Assembly (NCBI GenBank): GCA_963801755.1
Contig: CAWDGE010000011.1
Span: 55,921-119,920, forward strand
DNA from: an uncultured Nitrospirales bacterium
Lineage (GTDB): Bacteria > Nitrospirota > Nitrospiria > Nitrospirales > UBA8639
Length of the DNA: 64,000 bases
Direction: 5' to 3'
Positions 30,101 to 40,926 of the stretch are shown here, piece by piece. Both the position numbers and the translations under genes were made by a program. The notes beneath the pieces were generated by a model, which saw only the letters and a program-made list of their open reading frames with translations, was not told the DNA's origin and did not search any database. Position 1 is the first letter of the stretch. Each line of letters starts with the position of its first letter.

Positions 30101-32839
30101 CTATCTCCCGCTTCCTTTCTTTACAAAGGAAGGGAATTTGGAATGGCTTCCTGATGCGGTTTCTTGTGCAATGAATGTTTTGGCGAGGCGATATTCATCT
30201 TCCTGTGTGGTTACCAGGCTATCCAGTTTGGCCTTGAAGATGCGATCGAGCACCCGGCTATACGCCGGACCTTTGGGAAGACCCATGTCTTCCAGGTCGT
30301 GGCCGGTTAAGGTGATGGCGACATGTTGGAACGTGGTGAGGTAGTCCCGAATCCGTTCCATGGCCGCATGAATCGTCGGCTTGCTTTGCGCCTTGGCCAT
30401 GAGAAACAACACGAGTTCCTTCGGCCATGGCCTGAGGAGATCGTAGATTTCTGAAGGTGCCAGGTGTTTTCTGTTGAGGGTTCTTATTATCGTAGACTGA
30501 GCCTGTAAGAACTCTCCGACGGTTGTTGTGGTTCGTTGCGGGAATCCTAATCGTTTCCAGGTTTTGACTAACTCGGTGTTGCCCAACGATTCGAACCAGG
30601 CGAGGGCATAGAGCAGCCATCGCTCATCTCCTGAATTGGGGTTTTCCACCTCATGCCAGGCCAGGATTTTTTCTCCGGATGCAAAGAGCGTCGGAGCCGG
30701 TTCTTTCCAATGCAGCTTGGGATGAATGAAGGGGAAGAGTTTAAATTGACTCAATCGCTGGATACCTTTAGCCGGCTCGGGTTCTTCCAGAATATGGATC
30801 AGTTCATTTCCTAATCGTGTGCCGGAGAGCCGGTGAAACAGTTCCATGGTTTCGGCCTGTTGAATGAAATGCTGCGTTTCCTTACTGATCTGGAAACCGA
30901 ACCGCTGTTCAAAGCGGATGGCCCGAAAGACCCGGGTGGGATCTTCCACGAAGCTGAGGCTGTGAAGAACTCGAACGATTCTATCCTTGAGGTCTCGCCG
31001 GCCCCCGAAAAAGTCCAGGAGTTCACCAGGTGTCCTGTTTAAGCGAATAGCCAGGGCATTGATGGTGAAATCCCGCCGGTAGAGGTCTTTTTTAATTGAA
31101 CTGCGTTCTACGGTCGGTAGCGCGGTGGGATATTCATAATATTCCGTTCGGGCCGTGGCAATATCCATATGATGCATCTGGGGAATGTTGAGAGTCTTGG
31201 GAAGCGCGATCGAGACTGTGCCAAATCGTTCATGTATGGTCCATTCGGCTTTTAGCTCTTGCGCTAAGGCTTTGCCAAAACGAATGCCGTCCCCTTCGAT
31301 GACCACGTCCAGATCGAAATTGGGAATGTTCATGAGGAAATCCCGGACGAATCCGCCAACCAGAAAAGCCGCAACTTCCTGCGTGTCGGCGAGTTTCTCG
31401 ATGGTCTGGAGCAGGGACTGAAGGGGCGGGGGTAAACGGGTTACCAATTGTTTGTGAAGATTTGAGGTTCGCAGAGTTGGCGCGAGGACTTCGGTGGCTG
31501 AAGGGGCCGATCCGGCAAATGGCTCGACGTCGCCTTTCTGAGGCGGGAGCGCCTGGTGCATAGCCCGAAGCAAATCGGTCCGGCTAAAAATGCCAACGAC
31601 TTGGTCGTGATCCAGCACAGGCACGATCCGCTGATTTCGCTCGATCATTTGCTGTTCGACCTCGTCAAACGGCGTAGCGGGTGAGGCCAGAAAGATGTCA
31701 CTCAGCATGATGTAATCGATGGGGTGAGCGCCCAGTTTATGATACAGGGCTTTTTGCACCGATTCTCTTGTGGCTAGCCCCATGAAGCCGCCTTTGGCAT
31801 TCACAACCGGGAGGGCGTTGACTTCGTATTGCGTCATGAGGCGTTCGGTCTGCTTGATCGTGGTGTTGAGTTCCACCGTCCTGACGGGAGTCGTCATGAG
31901 ACGCTTGATGGGGAGCCAGGTTTTGGCTTGTTCCTGTAGTAGGGCGTGGACCTTCCGTTCCACTTCGACGACTGTGAGTCCTTTAATACTGGCGGCGGCA
32001 GCCATATTGTGCCCCCCTCCACCAAAGGCCTGGGTGATCTGATTCATATCCATGTCAGGATGGCGGCTGCGCCCGATGATTTGTACTTTGCCCTCCATGG
32101 CGACAGCGGCGATGATGGCATCGGACCCATGTAGTTGGGCCAGTTGTTGAACAACCGGCGCCATGTCCTGCACATAGTCCGGCCAGGTGAGGGTGGTGAG
32201 CAGAATCCTTCGATGCCCGAGGTTCAGTGTTTGGGCGGATTGCAACAGTGCATGGAATAATTCCAGCTGCGGGGGCGTCCATTGCCGCGCTATGTACTTC
32301 GTGACCTGGTTTAAATCGGCTCCTGTTTGCACTAGGACCGCGCCGATCTGAAAATCACGGGGGGTGGTATTGCGGTAGCCAAATTGACCGGTTTCCTCAT
32401 AGAGGGCTATGGCAAAGAGGGTGGCTTCTTCCTGTGTCCATGTGAGTGCTCTGGCTTGAAGTTCCTCGCAGAGGAGTGTGATGGTGGCCCCCACCGACTC
32501 CACTTTGCAGTAGTCTGCCCGCGGAAGCAGGGGATTGGTGGTCTCCATGGGGTGATGATCATAAATGTGAACTGAAAGATGCAGATTTTCAAGAACTTTT
32601 TCGAGTGGACCTAACCGATCCTGATGCTGGGCATCGACTAAGATCAGGCGGGTGATATCCGGAATATTCAGACTCGAGAGTGCCGTGAAGGAAAGGGGAT
32701 GTTCGGCGAGAAAGGCCCGCTCGCTGGATTGGGCTCCCGCCGGGAGGACGAGATGTGCCTCCGGGTAGAGCTTTTTGGCGGCCACCATTGAGGCGAGGCC
32801 ATCGAAATCCGCCTCGAGATGCGTGGTAATAATTTCCAT
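30101..32839 (-). CDS. DHH/DHHA1-CBS-CCA tRNA nucleotidyltransferase/poly(A) polymerase family protein
   Basis: TTH-x-EADFDG, IYDHH, GGGGH, CBS pair, LVGGFVRD...DLD, DLYRRDFTINA, SFVEDPTRVFRAIRF. Confidence 0.9.
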   Translation of the reverse strand: MEIITTHLEADFDGLASMVAAKKLYPEAHLVLPAGAQSSERAFLAEHPLSFTALSSLNIPDITRLILVDAQHQDRLGPLEKVLENLHLSVHIYDHHPMETTNPLLPRADYCKVESVGATITLLCEELQARALTWTQEEATLFAIALYEETGQFGYRNTTPRDFQIGAVLVQTGADLNQVTKYIARQWTPPQLELFHALLQSAQTLNLGHRRILLTTLTWPDYVQDMAPVVQQLAQLHGSDAIIAAVAMEGKVQIIGRSRHPDMDMNQITQAFGGGGHNMAAAASIKGLTVVEVERKVHALLQEQAKTWLPIKRLMTTPVRTVELNTTIKQTERLMTQYEVNALPVVNAKGGFMGLATRESVQKALYHKLGAHPIDYIMLSDIFLASPATPFDEVEQQMIERNQRIVPVLDHDQVVGIFSRTDLLRAMHQALPPQKGDVEPFAGSAPSATEVLAPTLRTSNLHKQLVTRLPPPLQSLLQTIEKLADTQEVAAFLVGGFVRDFLMNIPNFDLDVVIEGDGIRFGKALAQELKAEWTIHERFGTVSIALPKTLNIPQMHHMDIATARTEYYEYPTALPTVERSSIKKDLYRRDFTINALAIRLNRTPGELLDFFGGRRDLKDRIVRVLHSLSFVEDPTRVFRAIRFEQRFGFQISKETQHFIQQAETMELFHRLSGTRLGNELIHILEEPEPAKGIQRLSQFKLFPFIHPKLHWKEPAPTLFASGEKILAWHEVENPNSGDERWLLYALAWFESLGNTELVKTWKRLGFPQRTTTTVGEFLQAQSTIIRTLNRKHLAPSEIYDLLRPWPKELVLFLMAKAQSKPTIHAAMERIRDYLTTFQHVAITLTGHDLEDMGLPKGPAYSRVLDRIFKAKLDSLVTTQEDEYRLAKTFIAQETASGSHSKFPSFVKKGSGR
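30114..30134. repeat. Degenerate REP-like hairpin (copy 3)
   Basis: cctttcttt-aca-aaggaaggg; within the last codons of the CCA-family gene. Confidence 0.45.
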
Positions 32840-33019
32840 GGAGGTCCGATTCTAACAGGGATCCTGAATGACCGGAAGTTTCTTGAAAAGGCGAAGAATT
32901 TCTTGATTGGAAATATTCAGTTGCTAGAGAGGGTCCCTCCATGTTAGATGGGGGCAACTCAAGAGGCGATCCATCCCAGATGGATCAATTGTCGATCACA
33001 TAAATCAGGAGGGTGACAC

Positions 33020-33877
33020 ATGGCTGCCAAGGCTAAGCCCAAGTCAAAGGCCAAGCCCAAACAGAAGCCTACGGGAAAGCGAACGACTCAAGCAAAAGCT
33101 AAACTGAAGACGAAAGCTTCACCGAAGACGAAAGCCAAACCAAAGAAGCCTGTGAAGCCTCAACGGTCACCGTCTACCAAAGCGAAGTCCAAGAAAACGA
33201 AGGTCGGCTCCAAGGCTCGGGCTAAGGGAATTGCCAAGTCTGGAATGAAGGGAACTCCTAAAGCCGTGGCTCAAGCTCAACCACGATCCAAAGCGACGCC
33301 CAAAAAGGTGGTGAAAGGGAAAGAGAAAAAGTTGACTACATCTGACAATGTTTCAAAAACTACCACGGCAGCCAAAACCGGGGCGAACCATACCAAGTCT
33401 GTTCCTACGAAGGAACCGGTGGCGAAACCGGCGCTATCCCAGGCCAAAAAGAGCCCAGGAAGGCCTAAAAAAGAATCAACTGCGGTGAAAGGCCTTAACG
33501 ACAAAAAGAGAAAGATTGCCTCACTTGTTCCTGACGATGAGGACGTGAGTCTGAGCAAAACAGCTGATTCGGATAGCGTGGATGCGTCTTTGCCGGATGA
33601 CATTGATCCCGAATTGGATATTGAAGTGGAAACCGATGGCGATATCACCCTGGATTCATTGACCACTGAACTCGATGATGGCACCGATACCCTGGATGTG
33701 GATGATCTTGCCGATGATTTTGATGATGATGAGTTCTCCGAGGACTCCACAGATGAAGCCGATGAGGATTTGGATCTGACGGAAGACTTATCAGAAGAAT
33801 TGGGCACCGATAAGTTTTTTCGGGACACCGAATCTAATCATGAGGATGATGAAGAAGAAATTCCTCGCTCCTGGTAG
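33020..33877 (+). CDS. Low-complexity bipolar protein (Lys/Ala/Pro-rich N-half, Asp/Glu-rich C-half)
   Basis: AGGAGG RBS; KAKPK repeats followed by a polyacidic tract. Confidence 0.75.
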   Translation: MAAKAKPKSKAKPKQKPTGKRTTQAKAKLKTKASPKTKAKPKKPVKPQRSPSTKAKSKKTKVGSKARAKGIAKSGMKGTPKAVAQAQPRSKATPKKVVKGKEKKLTTSDNVSKTTTAAKTGANHTKSVPTKEPVAKPALSQAKKSPGRPKKESTAVKGLNDKKRKIASLVPDDEDVSLSKTADSDSVDASLPDDIDPELDIEVETDGDITLDSLTTELDDGTDTLDVDDLADDFDDDEFSEDSTDEADEDLDLTEDLSEELGTDKFFRDTESNHEDDEEEIPRSW

Positions 33878-34036
33878 TTCTTCTGGCCTATCATGGGCTC
33901 AGGCTGGGCCAAGGGGTCTCTCTCGGCCATCTCGATCGTGTTGTTCGTATTGCCGGTTTCATAAATAGGCCGGGATTTCTCCCTTCGCTTGAGGCGGAGC
34001 CGGAGGGTTATTGTATTGCCAACTGAAGGAGGATTC

Positions 34037-34801
34037 ATGTCGGAAGAACGAGGGTTACCTCGCATAGGAGATCATGCACCGGACTTTTCCGCGGTGACGA
34101 CGCAACAGACCGATTTTAATTTTAGCGTATGGCAGGAACAACATTGGGTGGTGCTGTTTTCTCACCCTGCGGACTTTACTCCGGTATGTACGACGGAATT
34201 GATAGCCTTTGGCCAACTCAATGAGCAATTTCGTCAGCGGGGGGTGAAGCTCATTGGATTGAGTGTGGATAGCATTCATGCCCATTTAGCTTGGTTGCGC
34301 AATATTCACGATAAAATGGGTGCCACGATTCCCTTCCCCATGATTGCCGATATTGATATGCGTGTCGCCAAACTGTACGGAATGATTCATGCCAACGCGA
34401 GCTCGACCGCGACGGTGCGTGCGGTGTTTATTATTGACCCGAAACGGGTAATTCGGGCGTTGCTGTATTACCCACTCAATGCGGGGCGCAATGTGGATGA
34501 AATTCTTCGGTTGGTCACTGCCCTGCAAACGACCGACCGGTTTGCCTGTGCGACGCCGGCCAATTGGGTGGAAGGGGAAAAGGTGGTGGTGCCTCCGCCT
34601 AAGACGGTTCAAGAAGTCGATCAGGTGTTAGCGAAATCCGAATACGAACATCGGGATTTTTATTTAGCGCTCAAGGACGTTTCTCCGGCTGCAACAGCTA
34701 AGCCCGTGGAAGTGACGGTGCCTAAACCTGCGGAAGCCTCGGCTCCCGAGCCTGCCAAACCCGAGCCGGCGCAACCTGCTGAGACCACCCCTTCTACGTA
34801 G
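34037..34801 (+). CDS. Peroxiredoxin (Prx6 type)
   Basis: LFSHPADFTPVCTTE, TVRAVFIIDP, YYPLNAGRN, ATPANW; AAGGAGG RBS. Confidence 0.92.
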   Translation: MSEERGLPRIGDHAPDFSAVTTQQTDFNFSVWQEQHWVVLFSHPADFTPVCTTELIAFGQLNEQFRQRGVKLIGLSVDSIHAHLAWLRNIHDKMGATIPFPMIADIDMRVAKLYGMIHANASSTATVRAVFIIDPKRVIRALLYYPLNAGRNVDEILRLVTALQTTDRFACATPANWVEGEKVVVPPPKTVQEVDQVLAKSEYEHRDFYLALKDVSPAATAKPVEVTVPKPAEASAPEPAKPEPAQPAETTPST

Positions 34802-35026
34802 GGGCTATTCGAGATGAGATTGACGCACGATTGTGCAGGATTTAGCCAGATTCTCCAATCATGTTGTTCAATAGGCGCACTCGTCCAAACCGATCGAAAA
34901 ATTTGACTCAACCTCGTGACGATCATCTCTCTTCAACAAGTACCTTCAACAAGCTCTTTGGGTAAGTGCTCAGGTGATGGCTGTCGCTCCTGCTTGCCAT
35001 ATTATGCTCATGTAATGTGGGCATAG

Positions 35027-36118
35027 ATGAAATTGCTGGGCGTAAATTTTTGTCTCCTGCTTGGCTTGGTGCTTGCCCTCCCGGGGCTATCTCCTATCAA
35101 TGCCGAGGCTTGCCGTCTCCTTCCAATTCCTCCGGGAAGCGAGAACGTTTTGTGGGTGCATGTTGAGGGATCTTGTTTGCCTGGAGAAGAGGAAGCCTTG
35201 GCGGTAAAGGGGGCTGACCTTCTTGAGGCTCTCCTTCAGGGCAAACGGATTGATCTTGATCAGGTGTTGGTGGTTGATCAGGTGATGCTTGATCTCTTGC
35301 CGCAACAAGTCCTCCCGGAATATCCCGCCATTCCCCAGGCAGTGGGGCAGCGCTTGCAAGAGCAGGGTGTCACTGCGGTTCGTGTCATATCAGAGGCCGT
35401 TTCCATCAGACATTCGCGTTTTGAAAAAGTGCTTGCCACTAATCTGGTCGAAGGTGCTCTCCTGGTCCTTGGACCGGTAGATTTCACGGGAACCGTCTTT
35501 CAACAATCCATTGATCTTTCTAAGACCGTGTTTGTGGGTCCGGTGAGATTTTCAGACGCGCGTGTGGATTTTGAAGGGTTTTTTATTGGATCTCAATTTA
35601 CCCAAAGCGCAGATTTTTCTCACGTCATTTTTGGAACGCATTCCCGTTTTCACCAGGCTCGATTTTGGGATCGGGTCACCTTTGCCGGAGCGCATTTCAC
35701 CGGAGTTGCGGAGTTTTTAGAAGTCGAGTTCCAACAAGCGGCAGATTTCTCTCGATCGGCTTTTGCCAGTGGGACAGGCTTTTCAGGTTCGGTATTTAAA
35801 GGCGCTGCCGATTTCTCAGCCACCTCGGCTGTTCATGAAATCTATTTTCGGTTTACCGAATTTCGAGAGTCGGTGACATTTGCCAATGCTCAATTTCACA
35901 CCGTGGTCGATTTTACGAACGCCAGGTTTGACGGAGCGCAGGATTTTTCAGGGGTAGAGTTCAGCACCATGCCGGAATTAAGCGGGAGTAACCTCCCACG
36001 TGATGTGGCGTCGATTCAAAATGGCAGGAGCCCCTATGGTCAGGTGGGGATCTTTTTGGGGTTGGTCATTTTGGTGCTCTGTTACCTCTGGTTTTCAAAA
36101 GGGAAGAAGGCAGATTGA
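35027..36118 (+). CDS. Pentapeptide-repeat-like membrane-anchored protein
   Basis: Repeated ADFSxxxF units; signal peptide and C-terminal TM. Confidence 0.75.
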   Translation: MKLLGVNFCLLLGLVLALPGLSPINAEACRLLPIPPGSENVLWVHVEGSCLPGEEEALAVKGADLLEALLQGKRIDLDQVLVVDQVMLDLLPQQVLPEYPAIPQAVGQRLQEQGVTAVRVISEAVSIRHSRFEKVLATNLVEGALLVLGPVDFTGTVFQQSIDLSKTVFVGPVRFSDARVDFEGFFIGSQFTQSADFSHVIFGTHSRFHQARFWDRVTFAGAHFTGVAEFLEVEFQQAADFSRSAFASGTGFSGSVFKGAADFSATSAVHEIYFRFTEFRESVTFANAQFHTVVDFTNARFDGAQDFSGVEFSTMPELSGSNLPRDVASIQNGRSPYGQVGIFLGLVILVLCYLWFSKGKKAD

Positions 36119-36198
36119 AATAAGTCTCAACCACTATATTTGGTTAGGATATTGCGGCTTTACACAAAACATGGTATACCAATTCAAATATCTGCACT

Positions 36199-37044
36199 GT
36201 GGAACCCAGTCGAAAGGCTCTTGATTGGAATCCGTCCCTTCCCGTCATTGTTTCTGACCTTGAAGATGACGATGCCTATCAGGTCAAACTTGAGGCCTTT
36301 ACCGGCCCCATGGATTTGCTCCTCCACCTGATTCGGAAACACCAGATTAATATTTATGATATTCCGATTGCGCTGATTGCCCAGCAATATTTGGAGTATT
36401 TGTCCATGATGAAGACGTTAAACCTAACGCTTGCCGGGGATTTTCTGGTTATGGCAGCCACCCTTCTTTATATCAAATCCAGGATGCTCCTTCCCAAAGA
36501 GGAAAAACCGGAGACGGAGGATGAGGAAGGTCTCGATCCTCGTGCAGAATTGGTCCGACAATTGGTCGAATATGAGCGTTTTAAGGAGGCGGCCGGGACC
36601 CTGGTTGTCCGCGAACGACTTTGGCGGGAGTCCTTTAGTCGTGATCCTCTCCCCTTGTCCCCAGAGGCAGTGGCCGACGAGGATATGGCTACAGAAGATC
36701 TCCAGTTATTTGATCTTTTGAGTGCCTTCCAGGATGTACTGGATCGAGCCCCAACCGATACAATCGTCGAGTTGTCCAGGGAAACCTGGACTGTTCAGGA
36801 CTGTATTCAAGGCATATTGGAGCGGTTGGAAGGAGAGTCGACGGTTCCTTTTGAAGGGTTATTTGAACAGCATTGGTCCAAGCCATTGGTCATTGTCACA
36901 TTTCTGGCTTTGTTGGAGCTGGTCAGAATGAACCTGGTTCGATTGTTTCAAGGAGAATGGTTTGGTCCCATACAGGTGACCAGGCGGTTTGTGCCAGCTG
37001 AAGGACCTGATTCTACCGGAAATCTTCCTGCGGAGCAGTGGTGA
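36199..37044 (+). CDS. scpA: Segregation and condensation protein A
   Basis: FTGPMDLLLHLI, IYDIPI, FLVMAATLLYIKSRMLLP, VTFLALLEL. Confidence 0.93.
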   Translation: MEPSRKALDWNPSLPVIVSDLEDDDAYQVKLEAFTGPMDLLLHLIRKHQINIYDIPIALIAQQYLEYLSMMKTLNLTLAGDFLVMAATLLYIKSRMLLPKEEKPETEDEEGLDPRAELVRQLVEYERFKEAAGTLVVRERLWRESFSRDPLPLSPEAVADEDMATEDLQLFDLLSAFQDVLDRAPTDTIVELSRETWTVQDCIQGILERLEGESTVPFEGLFEQHWSKPLVIVTFLALLELVRMNLVRLFQGEWFGPIQVTRRFVPAEGPDSTGNLPAEQW

Positions 37045-37108
37045 CACGTATGAGGCAGGTATTAATTGGAGGACGCATGGGGGGACGTAGGAATAGCCTG
37101 GGTAATTT

Positions 37109-37918
37109 TTGCATGTGGCAGCGTGGGATGAACCGGTTCAGTCCGCAGGGGGAGGACTCTATAACATGATGGACGCACTCACCAATGGGCACCAAGCTTC
37201 AGATGCTCTCGATGCCGGGGTGAACCCTACCCAATGTGAGGTCTCAGAGGAGGGTTGTGACGCAGAAGAGGTCACAGTTTCCGAGAATGTAGACCAGGAA
37301 ATGGCGTTAGATTTTGATGAACTCAAAGGTACGTTTGAGGCCCTGCTTTTTATTTCGCATGATCCTCTGGGTCTTGAAAAGCTGGCTCTGGTCCTCGAAG
37401 GAGTGCCTAAAGCGGCTATTAAAACCGCCATGCAGTATCTTCAAGCGGAATATGAGGCGTCTGGGCGTGGCTTGCAGATTTTGGAAGTGGCTGGCGGGTA
37501 TGTCATGGTGACGCGACCTGAGCAGAGTCTGTATATCAAGCGATTGACCAGCAAGGCTAAACCGGCAGCCAAGGTTTCCCGGTCGGCATTGGAAGCACTG
37601 GCCATTGTGAGTTATAAACAGCCCATTACCAGAGCAGATATTGAAAAAATTCGCGGTGTAGAAACCTCTAGTGTGTTGAGGACCCTCCTGGATCAGAAGT
37701 TAATTCGAATCGTTGGACGGCAGGATATCCCCGGTCGACCGATTTTGTATGGAACGGGAAAGCAGTTTCTTCAACGGTTTGGCCTGCGGGATTTGCGAGA
37801 CTTGCCTCCATTGAAAGAACTCAAAGAGTTGGGTAACCCTGAACAATTCCCCATGGAGCTTCCCTTTGCACCTGAGGAAAATGAGGGAGAGTCCAGGGTC
37901 AGTGATCTTTCCGCCTAA
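37109..37918 (+). CDS. scpB: Segregation and condensation protein B
   Basis: EALLF, SRSALEALAIVSYKQPITRADIEKIRGV, PGRPILYGT, DLPPL; start uncertain. Confidence 0.93.
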   Translation: MHVAAWDEPVQSAGGGLYNMMDALTNGHQASDALDAGVNPTQCEVSEEGCDAEEVTVSENVDQEMALDFDELKGTFEALLFISHDPLGLEKLALVLEGVPKAAIKTAMQYLQAEYEASGRGLQILEVAGGYVMVTRPEQSLYIKRLTSKAKPAAKVSRSALEALAIVSYKQPITRADIEKIRGVETSSVLRTLLDQKLIRIVGRQDIPGRPILYGTGKQFLQRFGLRDLRDLPPLKELKELGNPEQFPMELPFAPEENEGESRVSDLSA

Positions 37919-38022
37919 AGCGACTGTGAGGCCACGCGTTCTGCTGGTCTGATTGTTTTCCTTCCTGTTCTTTCTCTGACAAGGGTTGTGCGCGATCCGC
38001 GTAGGAAGCAGAATGAGTTCCT

Positions 38023-40827
38023 ATGGCCTTGTTGCTACCTGAAAAGAAATCTTCCGTCGGCTCCGATTTATCCAAAAGAATGGGGCAGGATAAAGTTCGG
38101 TGGGATTGGGCTACCCTGAAAGCCTATTCCGTTGATGCCAGTATCTACAAAATTCCTCCCCAAGTGGTTGTGCTTCCTGAAACAGAAGATGACATTGATG
38201 CCGTGATGGAGTATGCCGTCAAGTCTGGAGTGCCTCTGACTCCACGGGCAGCCGGAACGAATTTGACCGGATCAGCCATCGGGGCGGGCATTATCGTGGA
38301 TATCTCCCGAATGAATCGCTTGCTTGAGGTGAATCGAGACGAGCAGTGGGCGCGAGTGCAACCAGGCCTGGTGCTATCCGAATTCAATAAGCAGTTGGCT
38401 CCTGTGGGGTTAATGTATGGCCCGGATCCTTCAAGCGGGGATATGTGCAAATTAGGAGGCATGCTCGGCAACAATTCCGCTGGTCCGCATACGCTTCGCT
38501 ATGGTTCGGTCAAGGACAACGTTCATACTCTTCGGGTCCGGCTGCTCACCGAGGGTTGGCTTGAAGCTCAGTCAGTTGAAATTGGAGGACCGGCTCATAC
38601 CTCGGTGTTGAAAGAGTATGCATCCTTAAAGGCCGTGTGGACCATGATTCAGGACGGGCAGGCATTGATCCGCGCCCGGCGTCCCAAGGTGAGTAAGAAT
38701 AGTTCCGGCTATAACGTCTTTGATTTGGTCGATGGACTGGAGCGAGGGGTATTTGATGTTCCCAAATTATTTATCGGTAGTGAGGGAACGCTTGGCATTA
38801 TCAGTGAAGCAAGAGTCAAGTTGGTTAAACGACCTGATGCGACCGTGACGGGTCTGATCCATTTCCGACACCTGGAGGGTATGGGCGAATCGGTTCCCCA
38901 CTTATTGGAGTTGGCCCCCAATGCGTTGGAGGTGATGGATGGGAATTCGTTGAATTTAATCGGGCGAGATCGCTATGGCATTCCCTCAGATGCCGCGGCC
39001 ACGCTGCTCATAGAATTTGATGAAGGGGAAGGCACGGATCGTCGTAATCGGTTACTGGAGATGTGCCGAAGGTTTCCACTCACCGGGGAAGTGAGGCTGG
39101 CCTCGGATCCAGCCCAGCAAGGGGAATTGTGGAAGGCCCGCAAGGCGTTGTTTCCAATGCTTTATCGATCTGATCCTCACAAAAAACCCATCAATTTTGT
39201 TGATGATGTGGTGGTGCAAGCCTCACGCACCGGAGAGTTGATCCGGTATTTGGAAGAGTATTTTGGGCGACGATCGGTGCCGGTCGCCATCTTTGGACAT
39301 GTGGGAAATGGCAATGCTCATATTGTTCCGCTGCTCGATTTGCACAATCAACATGATGTTGACGCTATGGTCGAGGCCCACCGGGAGATTCACCGGACGG
39401 TTTTAGACCGGTTTGACGGATCTATTTGTGGAGAGCATGGAGATGGCCGTATTCGCGCCGAGACCGTTCGCTTGATGTATGGTGAAGAGGTGTATCAGAT
39501 TTTTGTTCGGGTGAAGCAGGCGTTCGATTCTCAGGGGATAATGAATCCTGGTGTGAAAATCAGTGAAACGTCGTTTACGGAACATATTGATGTGGAGCGC
39601 ATGGGCAAGCCCTGTGCGACTTGCGCCAAATGTAATTCGGTGTGTCCCGTGTACGATGTGTTTCAGTCTGAAGATATGAGTGCGCGCGGATGGTTCGAGA
39701 TTGTGACGGCTTCGGATTACTCGTATCTTCAATCCGCGCGGGTGGTCGAAGCATGTTTGAATTGCAAGTCCTGCCGGACCATTTGTCCGGCAGGGGTCGA
39801 TGTGTCCGAACTGATTCTTCAGCGACGGGCGGAACATCCCAACCGGCTGGCCGGTTGGGTCTTTGCCCTCCATGCCCGTCAGTGGCTTTTTCATCCCTTG
39901 CTGAAGGTCCTGGCATGGACACAATCGTGTTGGGATCGTCCGGGTATTCGAGGCCTATTGGAAACACTGACTCGTCCGTTGTTACGAAAGTTGGCTGCCA
40001 CGGCAAAGATTCCCCGAGATATGGTCCTGCCGACTTTTGCTAAACGGCATTTGCGTGATCGATATCCTGAACTATGTCAGCCCCAACATCTTCGCCAGGC
40101 ACCCATGGCCTATTTTCACGGGTGTGCGGCCAACTATTTTGACGATGGGGTTGGCGATGCGGTGATCGGGCTTTTAGCCGATAATGGTGTGAAGGTCGCT
40201 CTTCCTCCACAACGATGCTCGGGGACGCCGATTGAAACCTACGGGTTGCGGGATTTGGTAAAAGAAGGCGCGCGAGAAAATCTGGCTCACCTGGCATCAT
40301 TTTCCACCGTGATCACCAGCTGTGCTTCGTGTACGTTAAGCCTGAAAGATTATGCCACGCTGTTTCATGGGGAGCCGGAAGAAGCCGCAGCCATTGATTT
40401 ACGCACACGAGTGAAGCATATTTCTGAATTTCTTGTTGAACAGGGGGTGTCAGACAATACGCGCCAAACTCCGACACCGGCCGATGGGAAGTTGGCGAAA
40501 GTGACCTACCATTCCTCGTGCCATCTTCGTGCCGCTGGTGTGTCCCAGGCTCCTCGAGATCTGTTAGCCTCTGTGGCTGACCTTGAATTTGTGGAAATGC
40601 AGGATGCCGATCGATGCGCGGGCGGAGCGGGTACGTATATGGTCAAGAATTATGAAACCTCTCTGAAGATTTTCCAGCGAAAGAAACGAGCCATTCAAGA
40701 AAGCGGGGCTCAAGTGGTGGCGACGAGTTGCCCTGCATGCATGATTCAGTTAAAAAATGGACTCCGTGGGATAGCAGAGGTTAAGCATATTGCGCAGGTC
40801 ATGCGGGAGCATACCCGGAAGAAATAA
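38023..40827 (+). CDS. FAD-binding and Fe-S (CCG) oxidoreductase, D-lactate/glycolate dehydrogenase-like
   Basis: RAAGTNLTG, GSEGTLG, GEHGDG, two CxxCxxCxxxCP motifs, CCG-like domains. Confidence 0.88.
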   Translation: MALLLPEKKSSVGSDLSKRMGQDKVRWDWATLKAYSVDASIYKIPPQVVVLPETEDDIDAVMEYAVKSGVPLTPRAAGTNLTGSAIGAGIIVDISRMNRLLEVNRDEQWARVQPGLVLSEFNKQLAPVGLMYGPDPSSGDMCKLGGMLGNNSAGPHTLRYGSVKDNVHTLRVRLLTEGWLEAQSVEIGGPAHTSVLKEYASLKAVWTMIQDGQALIRARRPKVSKNSSGYNVFDLVDGLERGVFDVPKLFIGSEGTLGIISEARVKLVKRPDATVTGLIHFRHLEGMGESVPHLLELAPNALEVMDGNSLNLIGRDRYGIPSDAAATLLIEFDEGEGTDRRNRLLEMCRRFPLTGEVRLASDPAQQGELWKARKALFPMLYRSDPHKKPINFVDDVVVQASRTGELIRYLEEYFGRRSVPVAIFGHVGNGNAHIVPLLDLHNQHDVDAMVEAHREIHRTVLDRFDGSICGEHGDGRIRAETVRLMYGEEVYQIFVRVKQAFDSQGIMNPGVKISETSFTEHIDVERMGKPCATCAKCNSVCPVYDVFQSEDMSARGWFEIVTASDYSYLQSARVVEACLNCKSCRTICPAGVDVSELILQRRAEHPNRLAGWVFALHARQWLFHPLLKVLAWTQSCWDRPGIRGLLETLTRPLLRKLAATAKIPRDMVLPTFAKRHLRDRYPELCQPQHLRQAPMAYFHGCAANYFDDGVGDAVIGLLADNGVKVALPPQRCSGTPIETYGLRDLVKEGARENLAHLASFSTVITSCASCTLSLKDYATLFHGEPEEAAAIDLRTRVKHISEFLVEQGVSDNTRQTPTPADGKLAKVTYHSSCHLRAAGVSQAPRDLLASVADLEFVEMQDADRCAGGAGTYMVKNYETSLKIFQRKKRAIQESGAQVVATSCPACMIQLKNGLRGIAEVKHIAQVMREHTRKK

Positions 40828-40926
40828 AAGGGATGAGAGATTGAATCTCAACTGTGTGCTTCGGCGGGATATCGTTGTTATAATTGGAATTCGGATCGAA
40901 ATGTATTTTTGAACGAGGGACATCGA

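Noticed and set aside
33277-33828. Ser-rich 183-aa minus-strand ORF
   Set aside because: Antisense shadow of the Asp/Glu/Lys-rich gene 33020..33877
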